This document shows, in pieces, positions 29,411-38,575 of a DNA stretch of 44,454 nt (positions are counted from its first letter, which is position 1; each line of letters starts with the position of its first letter). The translations under genes were made by a program, and so were the position numbers. Below the pieces are notes generated by a model. The model saw nothing but the letters and a program-made list of their open reading frames with translations, had not been told where the DNA came from and did not search any database. Source of the stretch: Deltaproteobacteria bacterium HGW-Deltaproteobacteria-1 (GTDB lineage Bacteria; Desulfobacterota; Syntrophia; Syntrophales; Smithellaceae); the NCBI GenBank assembly GCA_002840635.1, contig PHBN01000001.1:1-44454 (forward strand). The letters run 5' to 3'.

Positions 29411-31936
29411 ATGATGAAACCCACTGACCGGCCCAAGGATGCTAAATCGCAGCCGGGATCGAAGCCTGATGCGAAAGATGGTTTAAAAACGTTGCCAGTG
29501 GTGGAAGTGGAGAAAAAGTTAGAATCGTCGCCGGACGGTCTAACCCAGACCGAGGCGCAGAAACGGTTGACCCAATATGGCCCGAACGAGATTGCGGAAA
29601 AGAAGACCAATCCCTTCCTGAAATTCCTCACCTATTTTTGGGGTCCCATCCCGTGGATGATTGAAGCGGCCGTGATCCTTTCGGCTATCGCCCGGCATTG
29701 GCCGGACTTCGGCATCATCCTTGTTCTGCTTGTCGCCAACGCCGTGGTCGGCTTCTGGGAAGAGCACCAGGCGGGTAATGCCATTGAAGCGCTGAAGGCA
29801 AAGCTGGCGATCAAGGCCCGGGTGAAGCGTGACGGGCAGTGGGTCAACCCGGAAGCGCGCGAGCTGGTGCCAGGCGACGTCATCCGGTTGCGCCTGGGCG
29901 ATATTGTACCTGCGGATGCGCGATTGCTGGAAGGCGATCCGGTTGAAGTGGATCAGTCGGCTTTAACGGGAGAGTCGCTGCCCGCGTCACGAAAATCAGG
30001 CGAAGCGGTTTACTCCGGTTCGATTATCCGGCAGGGTGAAAGCGAAGCGCTGGTCTATGCCACAGGCTCGGGGACTTACTTCGGCAAAACGGCGCAACTG
30101 GTACAGGAGGCGCATACCGTCAGCCATTTTCAAAAAGCGGTTTTGAAAATCGGCAATTACCTGATCGTTTTGGCGGTGGTCCTGGTAGCGGTGATTATCG
30201 GTTTTGCCGTCTACCGAGGTGACGCGCTTCTCACCACGCTGCAATTCGCCTTGGTGCTGACGGTGGCTGCGATTCCTGTGGCCATGCCGACGGTCTTGTC
30301 GGTAACGATGGCGGTGGGCGCGCGTATTCTTGCCAGGAAAGAAGCGATTGTGAGCCGACTGGTGGCGATTGAAGAACTGGCCGGCGTGGACGTGCTGTGC
30401 GCGGACAAGACCGGCACCCTGACGCAGAACAAACTGACCCTGGGCGATCCGTTTTGTGTTGATGATATTTCACCCGATCAAGTCATCCTCAATGGAGCAC
30501 TGGCCTCGCGTGCGGAAAATAACGACACCATTGATCTGGCCATTTTAGGAGGCCTGAAAGACAAAGATTCATTTAAAGCATATGAGGTCGGCCATTTTAT
30601 GCCGTTTGACCCGGTGCACAAGCGTACCGAAGCCGCCGTCACAGGCAAGGACGGAAAGACGTTTAAGGTGACGAAAGGCGCGCCGCAGGTGATTCTGGAG
30701 TTGTCGGCCAACGTCGGGCAGGTCAAAGCCGCCGTAGAGAAAGCCGTCAACGAATTTGCGGCACGCGGTTTTCGTTCACTCGGCGTGGCGCGGTCTGAAG
30801 GCGGCAGCCCCTGGCAATTTCTCGGGGTGCTGCCCCTGTTCGATCCGCCCAGGGAAGATGCCAAATCAACCATCGCCACGGCGCGACAAATGGGCGTTAC
30901 GATCAAGATGGTTACGGGTGATGCCCTGGCTATTGCCCGGGAAACCGCCCAAAAATTAGGGATGGGTTCATCCATTCTCGATGCCAGTGGCTTGGGTGAT
31001 TCCAAAAAGCAGGAAACCCCGGAAATGGCCCGGTCGATCGAAAAGGCAGACGGTTTCGCCCAGGTGTTCCCTGAGCATAAATTTCACATTGTGGATGTCC
31101 TGCAAAAGCTCGGGCACATCGTCGGCATGACAGGCGACGGGGTGAATGACGCCCCCGCGCTGAAGAAAGCCGACTGCGGTATTGCCGTTTCCGGCGCAAC
31201 AGACGCAGCGCGTGCGGCGGCCTCTATCGTGCTGATGACGCCGGGTGTGTCGGTCATTATCGATGCGATCAAAGAGAGCCGGAAGATTTTTCAGCGGATG
31301 AACAGCTATGCAATTTACCGCATCGCCGAAACGCTCCGCGTCCTGTTGTTCATGACGTTCTCGATTTTGGTCTTTAACTTTTACCCGGTGACCGCCGTCA
31401 TGATCGTCATGCTTGCGCTTCTCAACGATGGGGCCATCCTGTCCATTGCCTATGACAACGTTCGCTATAAAAATCAGCCCGAAGCCTGGAATATGCGCAT
31501 GGTGCTGGGGATTGCCACAGTATTGGGCATTCTCGGGGTCATCGCCTCTTTCGGCCTGTTTTACTTAGGCGAGCGCGTTTTTCATATCGACCGCGCGCAC
31601 ATCCAGACGCTGATGTATTTGAAACTGTCCGTCGCCGGACACTTAACGATCTTCGTGACGCGCACGCGTGGCCCGTTCTGGTCCATACGTCCTGCGAAGA
31701 TATTATGGCTCGCGGTACTCGGCACGCAAATCGTAGCGACGCTGATTGCGGTTTACGGACTGTTTATGATGCCTCTGGGCTGGGGGTGGGCCGGTTTCGT
31801 GTGGGGTTATGCGCTGCTGTGGTTCCTGGTGAACGATCGCATAAAGCTGCTTGCCTATCGGATTTTCGATCCGGTCAAATCTGCTGCAAAACCTGACGTC
31901 AAAGCTGGTGAGCCTAAGCCTGATCATGCAGGTTAG
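29411..31936 (+). CDS. plasma-membrane-type proton-efflux P-type ATPase (P3A)
   Basis: FWGPIPWMIE, DQSALTGES, AIPVAMPTV, CADKTGTLT, KGAPQ, FAQVFPEHK, YAIYRI, ALLND. Confidence 0.92.
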   Translation: MMKPTDRPKDAKSQPGSKPDAKDGLKTLPVVEVEKKLESSPDGLTQTEAQKRLTQYGPNEIAEKKTNPFLKFLTYFWGPIPWMIEAAVILSAIARHWPDFGIILVLLVANAVVGFWEEHQAGNAIEALKAKLAIKARVKRDGQWVNPEARELVPGDVIRLRLGDIVPADARLLEGDPVEVDQSALTGESLPASRKSGEAVYSGSIIRQGESEALVYATGSGTYFGKTAQLVQEAHTVSHFQKAVLKIGNYLIVLAVVLVAVIIGFAVYRGDALLTTLQFALVLTVAAIPVAMPTVLSVTMAVGARILARKEAIVSRLVAIEELAGVDVLCADKTGTLTQNKLTLGDPFCVDDISPDQVILNGALASRAENNDTIDLAILGGLKDKDSFKAYEVGHFMPFDPVHKRTEAAVTGKDGKTFKVTKGAPQVILELSANVGQVKAAVEKAVNEFAARGFRSLGVARSEGGSPWQFLGVLPLFDPPREDAKSTIATARQMGVTIKMVTGDALAIARETAQKLGMGSSILDASGLGDSKKQETPEMARSIEKADGFAQVFPEHKFHIVDVLQKLGHIVGMTGDGVNDAPALKKADCGIAVSGATDAARAAASIVLMTPGVSVIIDAIKESRKIFQRMNSYAIYRIAETLRVLLFMTFSILVFNFYPVTAVMIVMLALLNDGAILSIAYDNVRYKNQPEAWNMRMVLGIATVLGILGVIASFGLFYLGERVFHIDRAHIQTLMYLKLSVAGHLTIFVTRTRGPFWSIRPAKILWLAVLGTQIVATLIAVYGLFMMPLGWGWAGFVWGYALLWFLVNDRIKLLAYRIFDPVKSAAKPDVKAGEPKPDHAG

Positions 31937-31975
31937 ACCATTTGATGAAATCAAAAAAATAAGGAGGAAATAAGT

Positions 31976-32044
31976 ATGGATGAAATATTTACAAAAAAAG
32001 TACGGGCCGCGGCAGTGGCTGGGTGGTGGCAAGAATCAATCTAA
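31976..32044 (+). pseudogene. 5' stub of a membrane-protein gene
   Basis: RBS AAGGAGG plus MDEIFTKKVRAAAVAGWW, then QESI*. Confidence 0.5.
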
Positions 32045-32199
32045 CACCCAGGGAAGAAGAAGAGCTGCTACGGATTCTCGAAAGATATCTTCCTGATCTG
32101 GAAAGAGAAATGGCGGATACGGATAGAAAGGAGTTTCTCCATGCACTGGAAGAACGAGCAGCTATAATGAGGGATTTGATAAAACGCCTGAAGGCATAG
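32026..32199 (+). CDS. small helical hypothetical protein (57 aa); start probably damaged
   Basis: GTG-ARINLTPREEEELLRILERYLPDLEREMADTDRKEFLHALEERAAIMRDLIKRLKA*; absent from the ORF track. Confidence 0.5.
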   Translation: MARINLTPREEEELLRILERYLPDLEREMADTDRKEFLHALEERAAIMRDLIKRLKA

Positions 32200-32675
32200 T
32201 AACAGGCCGATGAATTCTATCTCTGGAAGGATCTGGCGGCCATAAAAACGAGCAGGGAGAAAAGAATCAATGAGAATTTCAGAATGGTTGGATAAAAAGG
32301 AAGCAGACGGCATTGATGTATCTCAAATCACATTGCCTGATAACCTGTCTTATGACGAAGCGCCCGACGAGACCATTTTTTTTAAGGAGATTAATCCTCC
32401 TGATGGAGTCCTTTCTACAGCCGATCATCCATTTTCTACTGTAGAGCGTTTTGGGCACTGGTATTATTGCAGGGGGCGCGACAAGGCAACCGGCATTCAC
32501 GCGTCAGGGCTAGAGTGGCGGTTATTTACAAAGGATAAAGATCTTGCCGTCAAAACAGCCAAATCACACATAGGATAGAAATATTAGGATTGCTTGTTAG
32601 CGACCCACGCCACCGGAGGTAGCACTTTATCAAAGAGTGAATTCTGAGAAATTACTCAGAAGATGGAGAATAGAC
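32187..32675 (+). repeat. diverged direct repeat copy B (counterpart 9893..10156)
   Basis: Same blocks as copy A plus ~225 bp that A lacks. Confidence 0.92.
32270..32578 (+). CDS. hypothetical protein
   Basis: RBS GGGAG; intact ORF with a decayed paralog at 9974. Confidence 0.75.
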   Translation: MRISEWLDKKEADGIDVSQITLPDNLSYDEAPDETIFFKEINPPDGVLSTADHPFSTVERFGHWYYCRGRDKATGIHASGLEWRLFTKDKDLAVKTAKSHIG

Positions 32676-32763
32676 GTTAATCAGAACATCGAGGTATAAA
32701 ATGTTTCCAACGCGCCTGAAAAAAACGTTATGGCGCTGAAATTACAAAAAAGGAGGACGTGTT

Positions 32764-33018
32764 ATGAAACTTAACACAAAGGCTTTCGGACTGGCATTTG
32801 GGCTTCTATGGGGCTTCGGTTTGTTTTTCGGAACATGGTGGATGATAATTATAGGGAAAGCATCGGGAGCGCCGACGCTTATAAGCAGCGCCTACATAGG
32901 TTACAGCATTACTCCCATAGGCAGCCTGGTAGGTTTGGTATGGGCTTTTTTCGATGGTTTAATAGGCGGCGCAATTTTTGCCTGGTTATATAATAAACTC
33001 AGTTCCCAGGAAAAATAA
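32764..33018 (+). CDS. small 2-TM membrane protein (family often labelled holin-like)
   Basis: RBS AAGGAGG; MKLNTKAFGLAFGLLWG...GSLVGLVWAFFDG...FAWLYN. Confidence 0.75.
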   Translation: MKLNTKAFGLAFGLLWGFGLFFGTWWMIIIGKASGAPTLISSAYIGYSITPIGSLVGLVWAFFDGLIGGAIFAWLYNKLSSQEK

Positions 33019-33080
33019 AATTCACAGCGAATAAAATGCGTAAAGGGTGTGGAGGTATGATCTGAAAATAATGGTGACAG

Positions 33081-33218
33081 TGAAGTGGTATGGTCATAGC
33101 AGACACCTCGAAAAGCGTGATATAGAGACTAAACGATCTGAGGCGAGAGATGACAACAGAGGAAAAGAGTTATTCAAAGCAATTTAAAATTGACGCCGTG
33201 AATCTTGTGACGGATCAA
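33081..33218 (+). mobile_element. IS3-family left-end remnant (IRL plus start of orfA)
   Basis: TGAAGTGGT...GACACC end resembling IS911-type IRL, followed by MTTEEKSYSKQFKIDAVNLV (OrfA HTH start). Confidence 0.7.
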
Positions 33219-33233
33219 AAAAAGGAGAAGCAG

Positions 33234-33440
33234 ATGAAAAAAAACATGGGGACTGTTGATAGAGTCATTAGAATAGTGCTGGCCATTGTGGTGATTGTTC
33301 TTTACCTGACCGGCAATATCACAGGCATTGCAGCCATTATTCTGGGCATTCTTGCCTTGGTTTTTATCGTAACGAGTCTGATCGGTTTTTGCCCTCTTTA
33401 TGTGCCTTTTAAAATTTCGACGATTGGCAAATCAAAATAA
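33234..33440 (+). CDS. DUF2892 (YgaP-like) membrane protein
   Basis: Own RBS AAGGAG; MKKNMGTVDRVIR...GFCPLYVPFKIST. Confidence 0.92.
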   Translation: MKKNMGTVDRVIRIVLAIVVIVLYLTGNITGIAAIILGILALVFIVTSLIGFCPLYVPFKISTIGKSK

Positions 33441-33463
33441 AGCTGATTGCCCAAGTTCAAAGT

Positions 33464-33502
33464 TGACCGGTTGCATTGTCCAGCAGGCAATGCAACCAGT
33501 CA
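33464..33502. terminator. hairpin between convergent genes
   Basis: TGACCGGTTGCATTGTC...GGCAATGCAACCAGTCA. Confidence 0.6.
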
Positions 33503-33580
33503 TTCTATTATTTCGAATCATTCATTGGCGGCTAAAAACTGATTTTTCAAGACCTGATCATCCAATTGAAACTTAGAATT

Positions 33581-34441
33581 TTAGGGGCGTCCCGTTTGGG
33601 CTTTCTTTTCTTTTTTACCGGCATCCCCATTTTTCCCGTTGCTTTCGACAACACAGTTATTTTGTCCCAGACGCAAAACAGGGTCCTGACGGTAATATTC
33701 TTTGAGCACCCGGTAAAGATCGGGCGCGTGCTTGATCATTAAACGGGGCTGGTCAAAGAATTGCTCGGTCACCACAGCGAAAAATTCAGCTTCATTCGTC
33801 GCTCCGTAGGAATTGAGAAACGATTTTTTGCCGTGTTCGGCGTCATGCTTGAGACGAAGATATTCCCTTTCACATGTCTGTACCCAGTCCCGGTATTCAG
33901 CCCGGTCTCTAAGCGGCGGTGTACCGTCTGCCGCACCGTCGAGCATATCCAGCTTGTGAGCAAATTCATGATAGATAACATTATGGCCGGACTCAGGATG
34001 GCGGCCGCCTTGCAGCGCAGCATCCCAGATAATGATGACGGGGCCCTGTTGGAAGGCCTGCCCGAGAATCGGATGGCTCAGCTCTATCGGTGCCGACGCG
34101 TTTTCAAAAAAGCCAAGTTTGCGCTGGGGTGGAATTACTGTTGAGGGGTAAACGATGATGGATTCGACATTCCGATAATAGTTGTGGGGCAGTCCCAGAA
34201 GAAGCAGGCAGGCCTGGGCGGCGATGGTCACGCGGATTTCATCAGTCAGATCAAGCCCGCCGGCGCCTTCCCAATCTTTTTCAGCGATAAATACTTGGAT
34301 CAGCGCGCGCAGTTGAGTACGCTCAGCATCGGAGAGCATGCAGTAATGGGCAACGTTACGCCGTACAATATCTTCCCACGCGGCAGGAAATGGAACATCG
34401 GTGAGCTTCTTACGACGATGATCGGCAAACCACTGAAACAA
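33581..34441 (-). CDS. MtfA / peptidase M90 family zinc-dependent peptidase
   Basis: IAAQACLLLL, NVIYHEFAHKLD (HExxH), YGATNEAEFFAV.TE.FF. Confidence 0.92.
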   Translation of the reverse strand: MFQWFADHRRKKLTDVPFPAAWEDIVRRNVAHYCMLSDAERTQLRALIQVFIAEKDWEGAGGLDLTDEIRVTIAAQACLLLLGLPHNYYRNVESIIVYPSTVIPPQRKLGFFENASAPIELSHPILGQAFQQGPVIIIWDAALQGGRHPESGHNVIYHEFAHKLDMLDGAADGTPPLRDRAEYRDWVQTCEREYLRLKHDAEHGKKSFLNSYGATNEAEFFAVVTEQFFDQPRLMIKHAPDLYRVLKEYYRQDPVLRLGQNNCVVESNGKNGDAGKKEKKAQTGRP

Positions 34442-34804
34442 ATTTAATCCCCTTTTTCGAAATGTGGATTATTAAGTATGCTGTCTGGGGAATTCTGTCC
34501 AGCGAAAAATCGAGGGGATAGTATTTAATAATTTGTTTTCGGCTGACTGTTTGAATTAAATAGAACCGGTCCATTTTATTAGTAACTTAGTATTTTAGGG
34601 GCATCCCCCCGGGCCACCCAGAGACGGGATTCACGAAAGTGCGGTTACTCCAAACAGGCTATGACATGGAAGCGCTGGTCTAAGCCTTCAAGCCTTAATG
34701 AACCGGACGCGACCATCACTGCGGGTGGCAAGACCGTTCTCTACAAATGCATTGAGGAAGCGCACGGCGACGCCAACAAAGACAGCGTTGAATTAGAAAA
34801 GGAA

Positions 34805-36160
34805 TTAAATAACGATACGATATTCTCTGATCTTGTTTTGGAGAGTTTTGCGCGTTACCCCTAAAATCAGAGCTGCTTTGGTCCTGTTTCCGCCGGTCTG
34901 TTCAAGCGTTTTCAGGATCACCTCTTTTTCAATTTCTTTCAAAGAAGAACCTGTCGGGCCCGGCTTTATATCGTTTCCGTTTGGTAAGGTTTTAAAATCC
35001 TGAGGAAGATCTTCAAAAAGAAGTCTGTCACCGTGACTCATGATCACCATTCTTTCTATGATATTTTCCAGTTCCCGCACATTCCCAGGCCAGGGGTAGC
35101 GAACCAGGGCATCCATAACTCGAGGTTCCAGTGTTTTGACGTCCTTATTGTTTTTCCCGGCGTACTGTTTAAGAAAATGTTCAGCCAAAAGAGGGATGTC
35201 CTCCTTTTTATCTCTCAACGGGGCGATGGTGATCGGTACCACATTGAGGCGATAAAAAAGGTCTTCTCGAAAGCGGCCTTCTTTAACTTCCTTCCCCAAA
35301 TCTTTGTGGGTCGCAGCAATGATTCTCACATCCACTGAAATGGTCCGATTCCCCCCGACGGGTTCAAACTCCTTCTCCTGAAGGACTCTCAATATCTTTG
35401 CCTGTGTTGCGGGCGACATCTCTCCAATTTCATCAAGAAATAACGTTCCCCCATCGGCTAATTCAAACCTTCCTTTTCTTTTAGACTGGGCTCCGGTAAA
35501 AGAGCCTTTTTCATGACCAAAGAGTTCACTTTCCAACAATGTTTCCGGAAGGGCGGCGCAATTAACCTTGATGTAGGCCTGGTCTTTTCTAAGGCTGTTT
35601 TGATGAATGGCATTAGCGATAACTTCTTTTCCTGTTCCGCTTTCCCCAAGGAGAAGAACCGTGGCATCCGTCGGGGCTACCATGGCCAGGGTTTCAAAAA
35701 GTTCTTTCATGGATTGACTCTTACCGATGATATTGGAAAAATGGAATCTTTCCCCCAGGCGTTCCCGGTTTAAAATATTTTCTTTCTCCAAATCTCGATA
35801 GTGGAGGACCTTTTCGATCTTTAAAAGGAGTTCATCCATATCCAGGGGTTTGGTCAGATAATCATCGGCGCCGGATTTCAAGGTCGCCACGGCGGATTCG
35901 ATAGAGCCATAGGCGGTCATCATGATAATCGGCAGGCTGGGGCTGATTTTCTTAATTCGGTGGAGAGCCTCAATTCCATCCATAATGGACATTCGAATAT
36001 CCATCAAAATGAGATCATAAAAATGTTGACTGACCAAATCCACAGCTTCCTGACCGTCGGATGCCTCGATGACTTCATACCCTTCCTCGCCCAGGTGCGC
36101 CTTGAGCATCATCCGATGACTGGATTCATCGTCAACGACAAGGATCGTTTGTTTATTCAT
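34805..36160 (-). CDS. zraR: sigma-54-dependent response regulator (ZraR/NtrC family)
   Basis: Receiver domain, GESGTGKE, ESELFGHEKGSFTGA, LFLDEIGE, WPGNVRELEN, Fis-type HTH. Confidence 0.85.
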   Translation of the reverse strand: MNKQTILVVDDESSHRMMLKAHLGEEGYEVIEASDGQEAVDLVSQHFYDLILMDIRMSIMDGIEALHRIKKISPSLPIIMMTAYGSIESAVATLKSGADDYLTKPLDMDELLLKIEKVLHYRDLEKENILNRERLGERFHFSNIIGKSQSMKELFETLAMVAPTDATVLLLGESGTGKEVIANAIHQNSLRKDQAYIKVNCAALPETLLESELFGHEKGSFTGAQSKRKGRFELADGGTLFLDEIGEMSPATQAKILRVLQEKEFEPVGGNRTISVDVRIIAATHKDLGKEVKEGRFREDLFYRLNVVPITIAPLRDKKEDIPLLAEHFLKQYAGKNNKDVKTLEPRVMDALVRYPWPGNVRELENIIERMVIMSHGDRLLFEDLPQDFKTLPNGNDIKPGPTGSSLKEIEKEVILKTLEQTGGNRTKAALILGVTRKTLQNKIREYRIVI

Positions 36161-37937
36161 TCGTTTCTTCCGTAATTAATGGTAACGCTATCTGAAAAAT
36201 AGAACCTACACCCGGTTTGCTGTTCACTGTTAAAGTCCCCTGATGCTTTTCGATGATCCGATAAGCTATGGCAAGGCCAAGCCCTGTTCCTGTTCTCTTG
36301 GTGGTATAAAACGGATCAAATATTTTAGACATATCCTCTCCAGGAAGACCCGGGCCGTCATCTTCAATCTCTATGACGATGATCTTCTTTTCAAGGTTTA
36401 GCAGAGCACGAATTGAAATCGTTCCTCCTGCTTTCAGGACATCCAGCCCGTTCAACATGATATTCAGCAGCGCCTGGGTGATCTGGTCGCTATCCATCAG
36501 GAGCAAAGGCAAATGTTCTGCGGTTTCCGTTTTGACCTGAATCCCTTTTGTCCGGGCGTCATCCTTAATCAATTCTATCGTATGTTGTATAACTGCCTCT
36601 AAAGGAACCATCATCTTAACCGGTTCTTTAGGGCGGGCAAAATCAAGCAGGTTGGAGATAAGCCTATTCAGTCTTTCCACTTCCTGGATGATGACCTGAC
36701 TGTATTTTTGCCCCTCGCTGCCCGGTGGGTTCTTCTTAAGAAAATACTGGGCAAATCCCTTGATGGAGCTCAGAGGATTCCTGATTTCATGGGCCATGCC
36801 GGCAGCCAGTGTTCCCAGGCTGGCCAGCCTTTCGCTCCTTTTAATTTTCTCCTGCAATTCTTTTATTTCCCGTAAGTCCCTCAGGATAATGACCGCCCCC
36901 AGATCTTCTCCTGTTTCCGCAACCAGCCTTGCTGCACTCAGGGCAAGAGGAATGAACTTTCCCTGTTGTCCCGGAAATTCCACCTCGTATTCCATAACAG
37001 GTGTTTTTTCTTTTAATGAGTTTAAGATGGGTCCGATAATAGACCGGAGTTGCTCTTTCGAGGCCTCTTTTTCCGGCCATTTCCCAGTTAGGGAAAGTAT
37101 CTCCTTAGCCCGGTAATTCATTGTGACGATATCTCCATTCGAATCAATGGAGAGAAGCCCGTCGGGCATGTTTTCGACCACATGGTTCGCATACAGGGTG
37201 ACGGCGTTCAGCGCTCTCTGGGTGATATAATAATTCTGTACTAAAAATATGAAATATAAACCGGCTGTACCCATGATCAATAAAATTAAGCCCATCATGA
37301 CCGCATGACGCAGGTCGCTGTCCCGTGCTTCTTCAAATGACTTCGTATCCAACCCTACGACGGCGTAAACCTGACCGGAAAACACCTGGTCAAGGAGTGT
37401 GCCGCTAGGCGATGTCGCAGCATGCCTTCTATAGCGCATGCGATCGGCCATATCATCGCCTTGCCCCATGGCAGGGAAGACGTCCATCTTTTTTGCCACG
37501 AAGAATACCCCTTTATCGCCAAACCAGCTCTTCGGTTCATCTTGTTTTACTATCCCGGTGATTTTTTCCTTCTGAGGAAAAGCTGTTCCGATCAAGTGTT
37601 CATTGCTATGTGCAAGAATGATACCTCGCTGATCCAGCAGGGCAATGAAATGAATATCCGAAAGATTGGCAATGGAAACCATAATCTCCTGAAGGTTGTC
37701 ACTTCGCCCCATCATCCCCATCATGCCGGTGTGAAAGGAAGCCTCGAGGCTTTTGAGAATGATCTTTCCCTCACGGCTCAGTGATTGCTCCATCCGGAAT
37801 TGATACTGGTGTAAATGCCTGTATGTCGAGATACCCAGAAGAATAAATAAAGTTATAACAACCGCAAGGATAGAGAAAATGGGAATGAACAACTTCTTGC
37901 TTCTGGTTGTCGGGATTTTGTATTTATTAAATTTCAT
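36153..37937 (-). CDS. zraS: PAS-domain sensor histidine kinase (ZraS-like)
   Basis: Two TM helices flanking a periplasmic domain with GMMGMMG; PAS; AHEIRNPL; DDGPG; GTGLGL. Confidence 0.8.
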   Translation of the reverse strand: MKFNKYKIPTTRSKKLFIPIFSILAVVITLFILLGISTYRHLHQYQFRMEQSLSREGKIILKSLEASFHTGMMGMMGRSDNLQEIMVSIANLSDIHFIALLDQRGIILAHSNEHLIGTAFPQKEKITGIVKQDEPKSWFGDKGVFFVAKKMDVFPAMGQGDDMADRMRYRRHAATSPSGTLLDQVFSGQVYAVVGLDTKSFEEARDSDLRHAVMMGLILLIMGTAGLYFIFLVQNYYITQRALNAVTLYANHVVENMPDGLLSIDSNGDIVTMNYRAKEILSLTGKWPEKEASKEQLRSIIGPILNSLKEKTPVMEYEVEFPGQQGKFIPLALSAARLVAETGEDLGAVIILRDLREIKELQEKIKRSERLASLGTLAAGMAHEIRNPLSSIKGFAQYFLKKNPPGSEGQKYSQVIIQEVERLNRLISNLLDFARPKEPVKMMVPLEAVIQHTIELIKDDARTKGIQVKTETAEHLPLLLMDSDQITQALLNIMLNGLDVLKAGGTISIRALLNLEKKIIVIEIEDDGPGLPGEDMSKIFDPFYTTKRTGTGLGLAIAYRIIEKHQGTLTVNSKPGVGSIFQIALPLITEETNE

Positions 37938-37985
37938 TACGAAATATTTTATCTCTTTTTTTTAAAAAATCATAGCCTTATCGGG

Positions 37986-38045
37986 TGCATAAAAATTATC
38001 CAATAGATGCTCAGTTAAGTAAGCTTGGTGCATAAATATTATGCA
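37986..38045. promoter_or_regulatory. tandem palindromic enhancer sites (putative response-regulator binding)
   Basis: TGCATAA-AAA-TTATCCA (37986-38002) and TGCATAA-ATA-TTATGCA (38029-38045), starts 43 bp apart. Confidence 0.7.
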
Positions 38046-38131
38046 GTTGCCCCCGATAGGGGAGAGTCAAAGAGAATAATTATTACTATTTTATTAATTA
38101 TAGTAGATACTTATGATTGATGCTAACCATT

Positions 38132-38147
38132 TGGCATACCCCATGCA
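38132..38147 (+). promoter_or_regulatory. sigma-54 promoter
   Basis: TGGCATACCCCATGCA, GG-N10-GC, 35 bp before the ATG at 38182. Confidence 0.75.
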
Positions 38148-38181
38148 ATGATAACGATTAAAACATTGAAGGAGGTAGGAT

Positions 38182-38565
38182 ATGAAGAAGTTATTTATAG
38201 CATTGGTTCTGGTTTTTGGATTAGGCGTAGCTGGTGTTGCTTCGGCAGGTTATTGGGGCGGACACATGATGGGTTGGGGTTACGGTGGATATGGGGCAGG
38301 TCCGGGATATGGCAATGCAGGTTCCGGATATGGCATGCCCTGTTGGGACAATAGTTATGGCCCCGCTCAAGGTCAAAAAAAGTTGACCAAAGAGGATGCC
38401 GAAACCATTACACAAAATTACATTGGCCGGAATCCTAATTTAAAGGCTGGAAAGATTGAGGACAAAACGAAGTATTTTGAAACAGAGATACGTACCAAGG
38501 ATAATTCTCTGGTCTCCAAGCTGACCATTGACAAGAATACCGGCTACGTTGATCAAAGTTATTAA
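38182..38565 (+). CDS. periplasmic Gly/Met/Tyr-rich protein with PepSY-like C-terminal domain
   Basis: RBS AAGGAGGT, signal peptide (ASA), GGHMMGWGYGGYG..GMPCW, LTKEDAE...IDKNTG. Confidence 0.85.
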   Translation: MKKLFIALVLVFGLGVAGVASAGYWGGHMMGWGYGGYGAGPGYGNAGSGYGMPCWDNSYGPAQGQKKLTKEDAETITQNYIGRNPNLKAGKIEDKTKYFETEIRTKDNSLVSKLTIDKNTGYVDQSY

Positions 38566-38575
38566 GAGAATCAAT

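Noticed and set aside
32764-33018. Prophage inferred from a holin-like gene
   Set aside because: No endolysin, structural or integrase genes nearby; it is simply a small membrane protein.
34661-34864. 67-aa ORF on the + strand
   Set aside because: It overlaps the 3' end of the response regulator and has no clear RBS or family motif; at most a gene relic.
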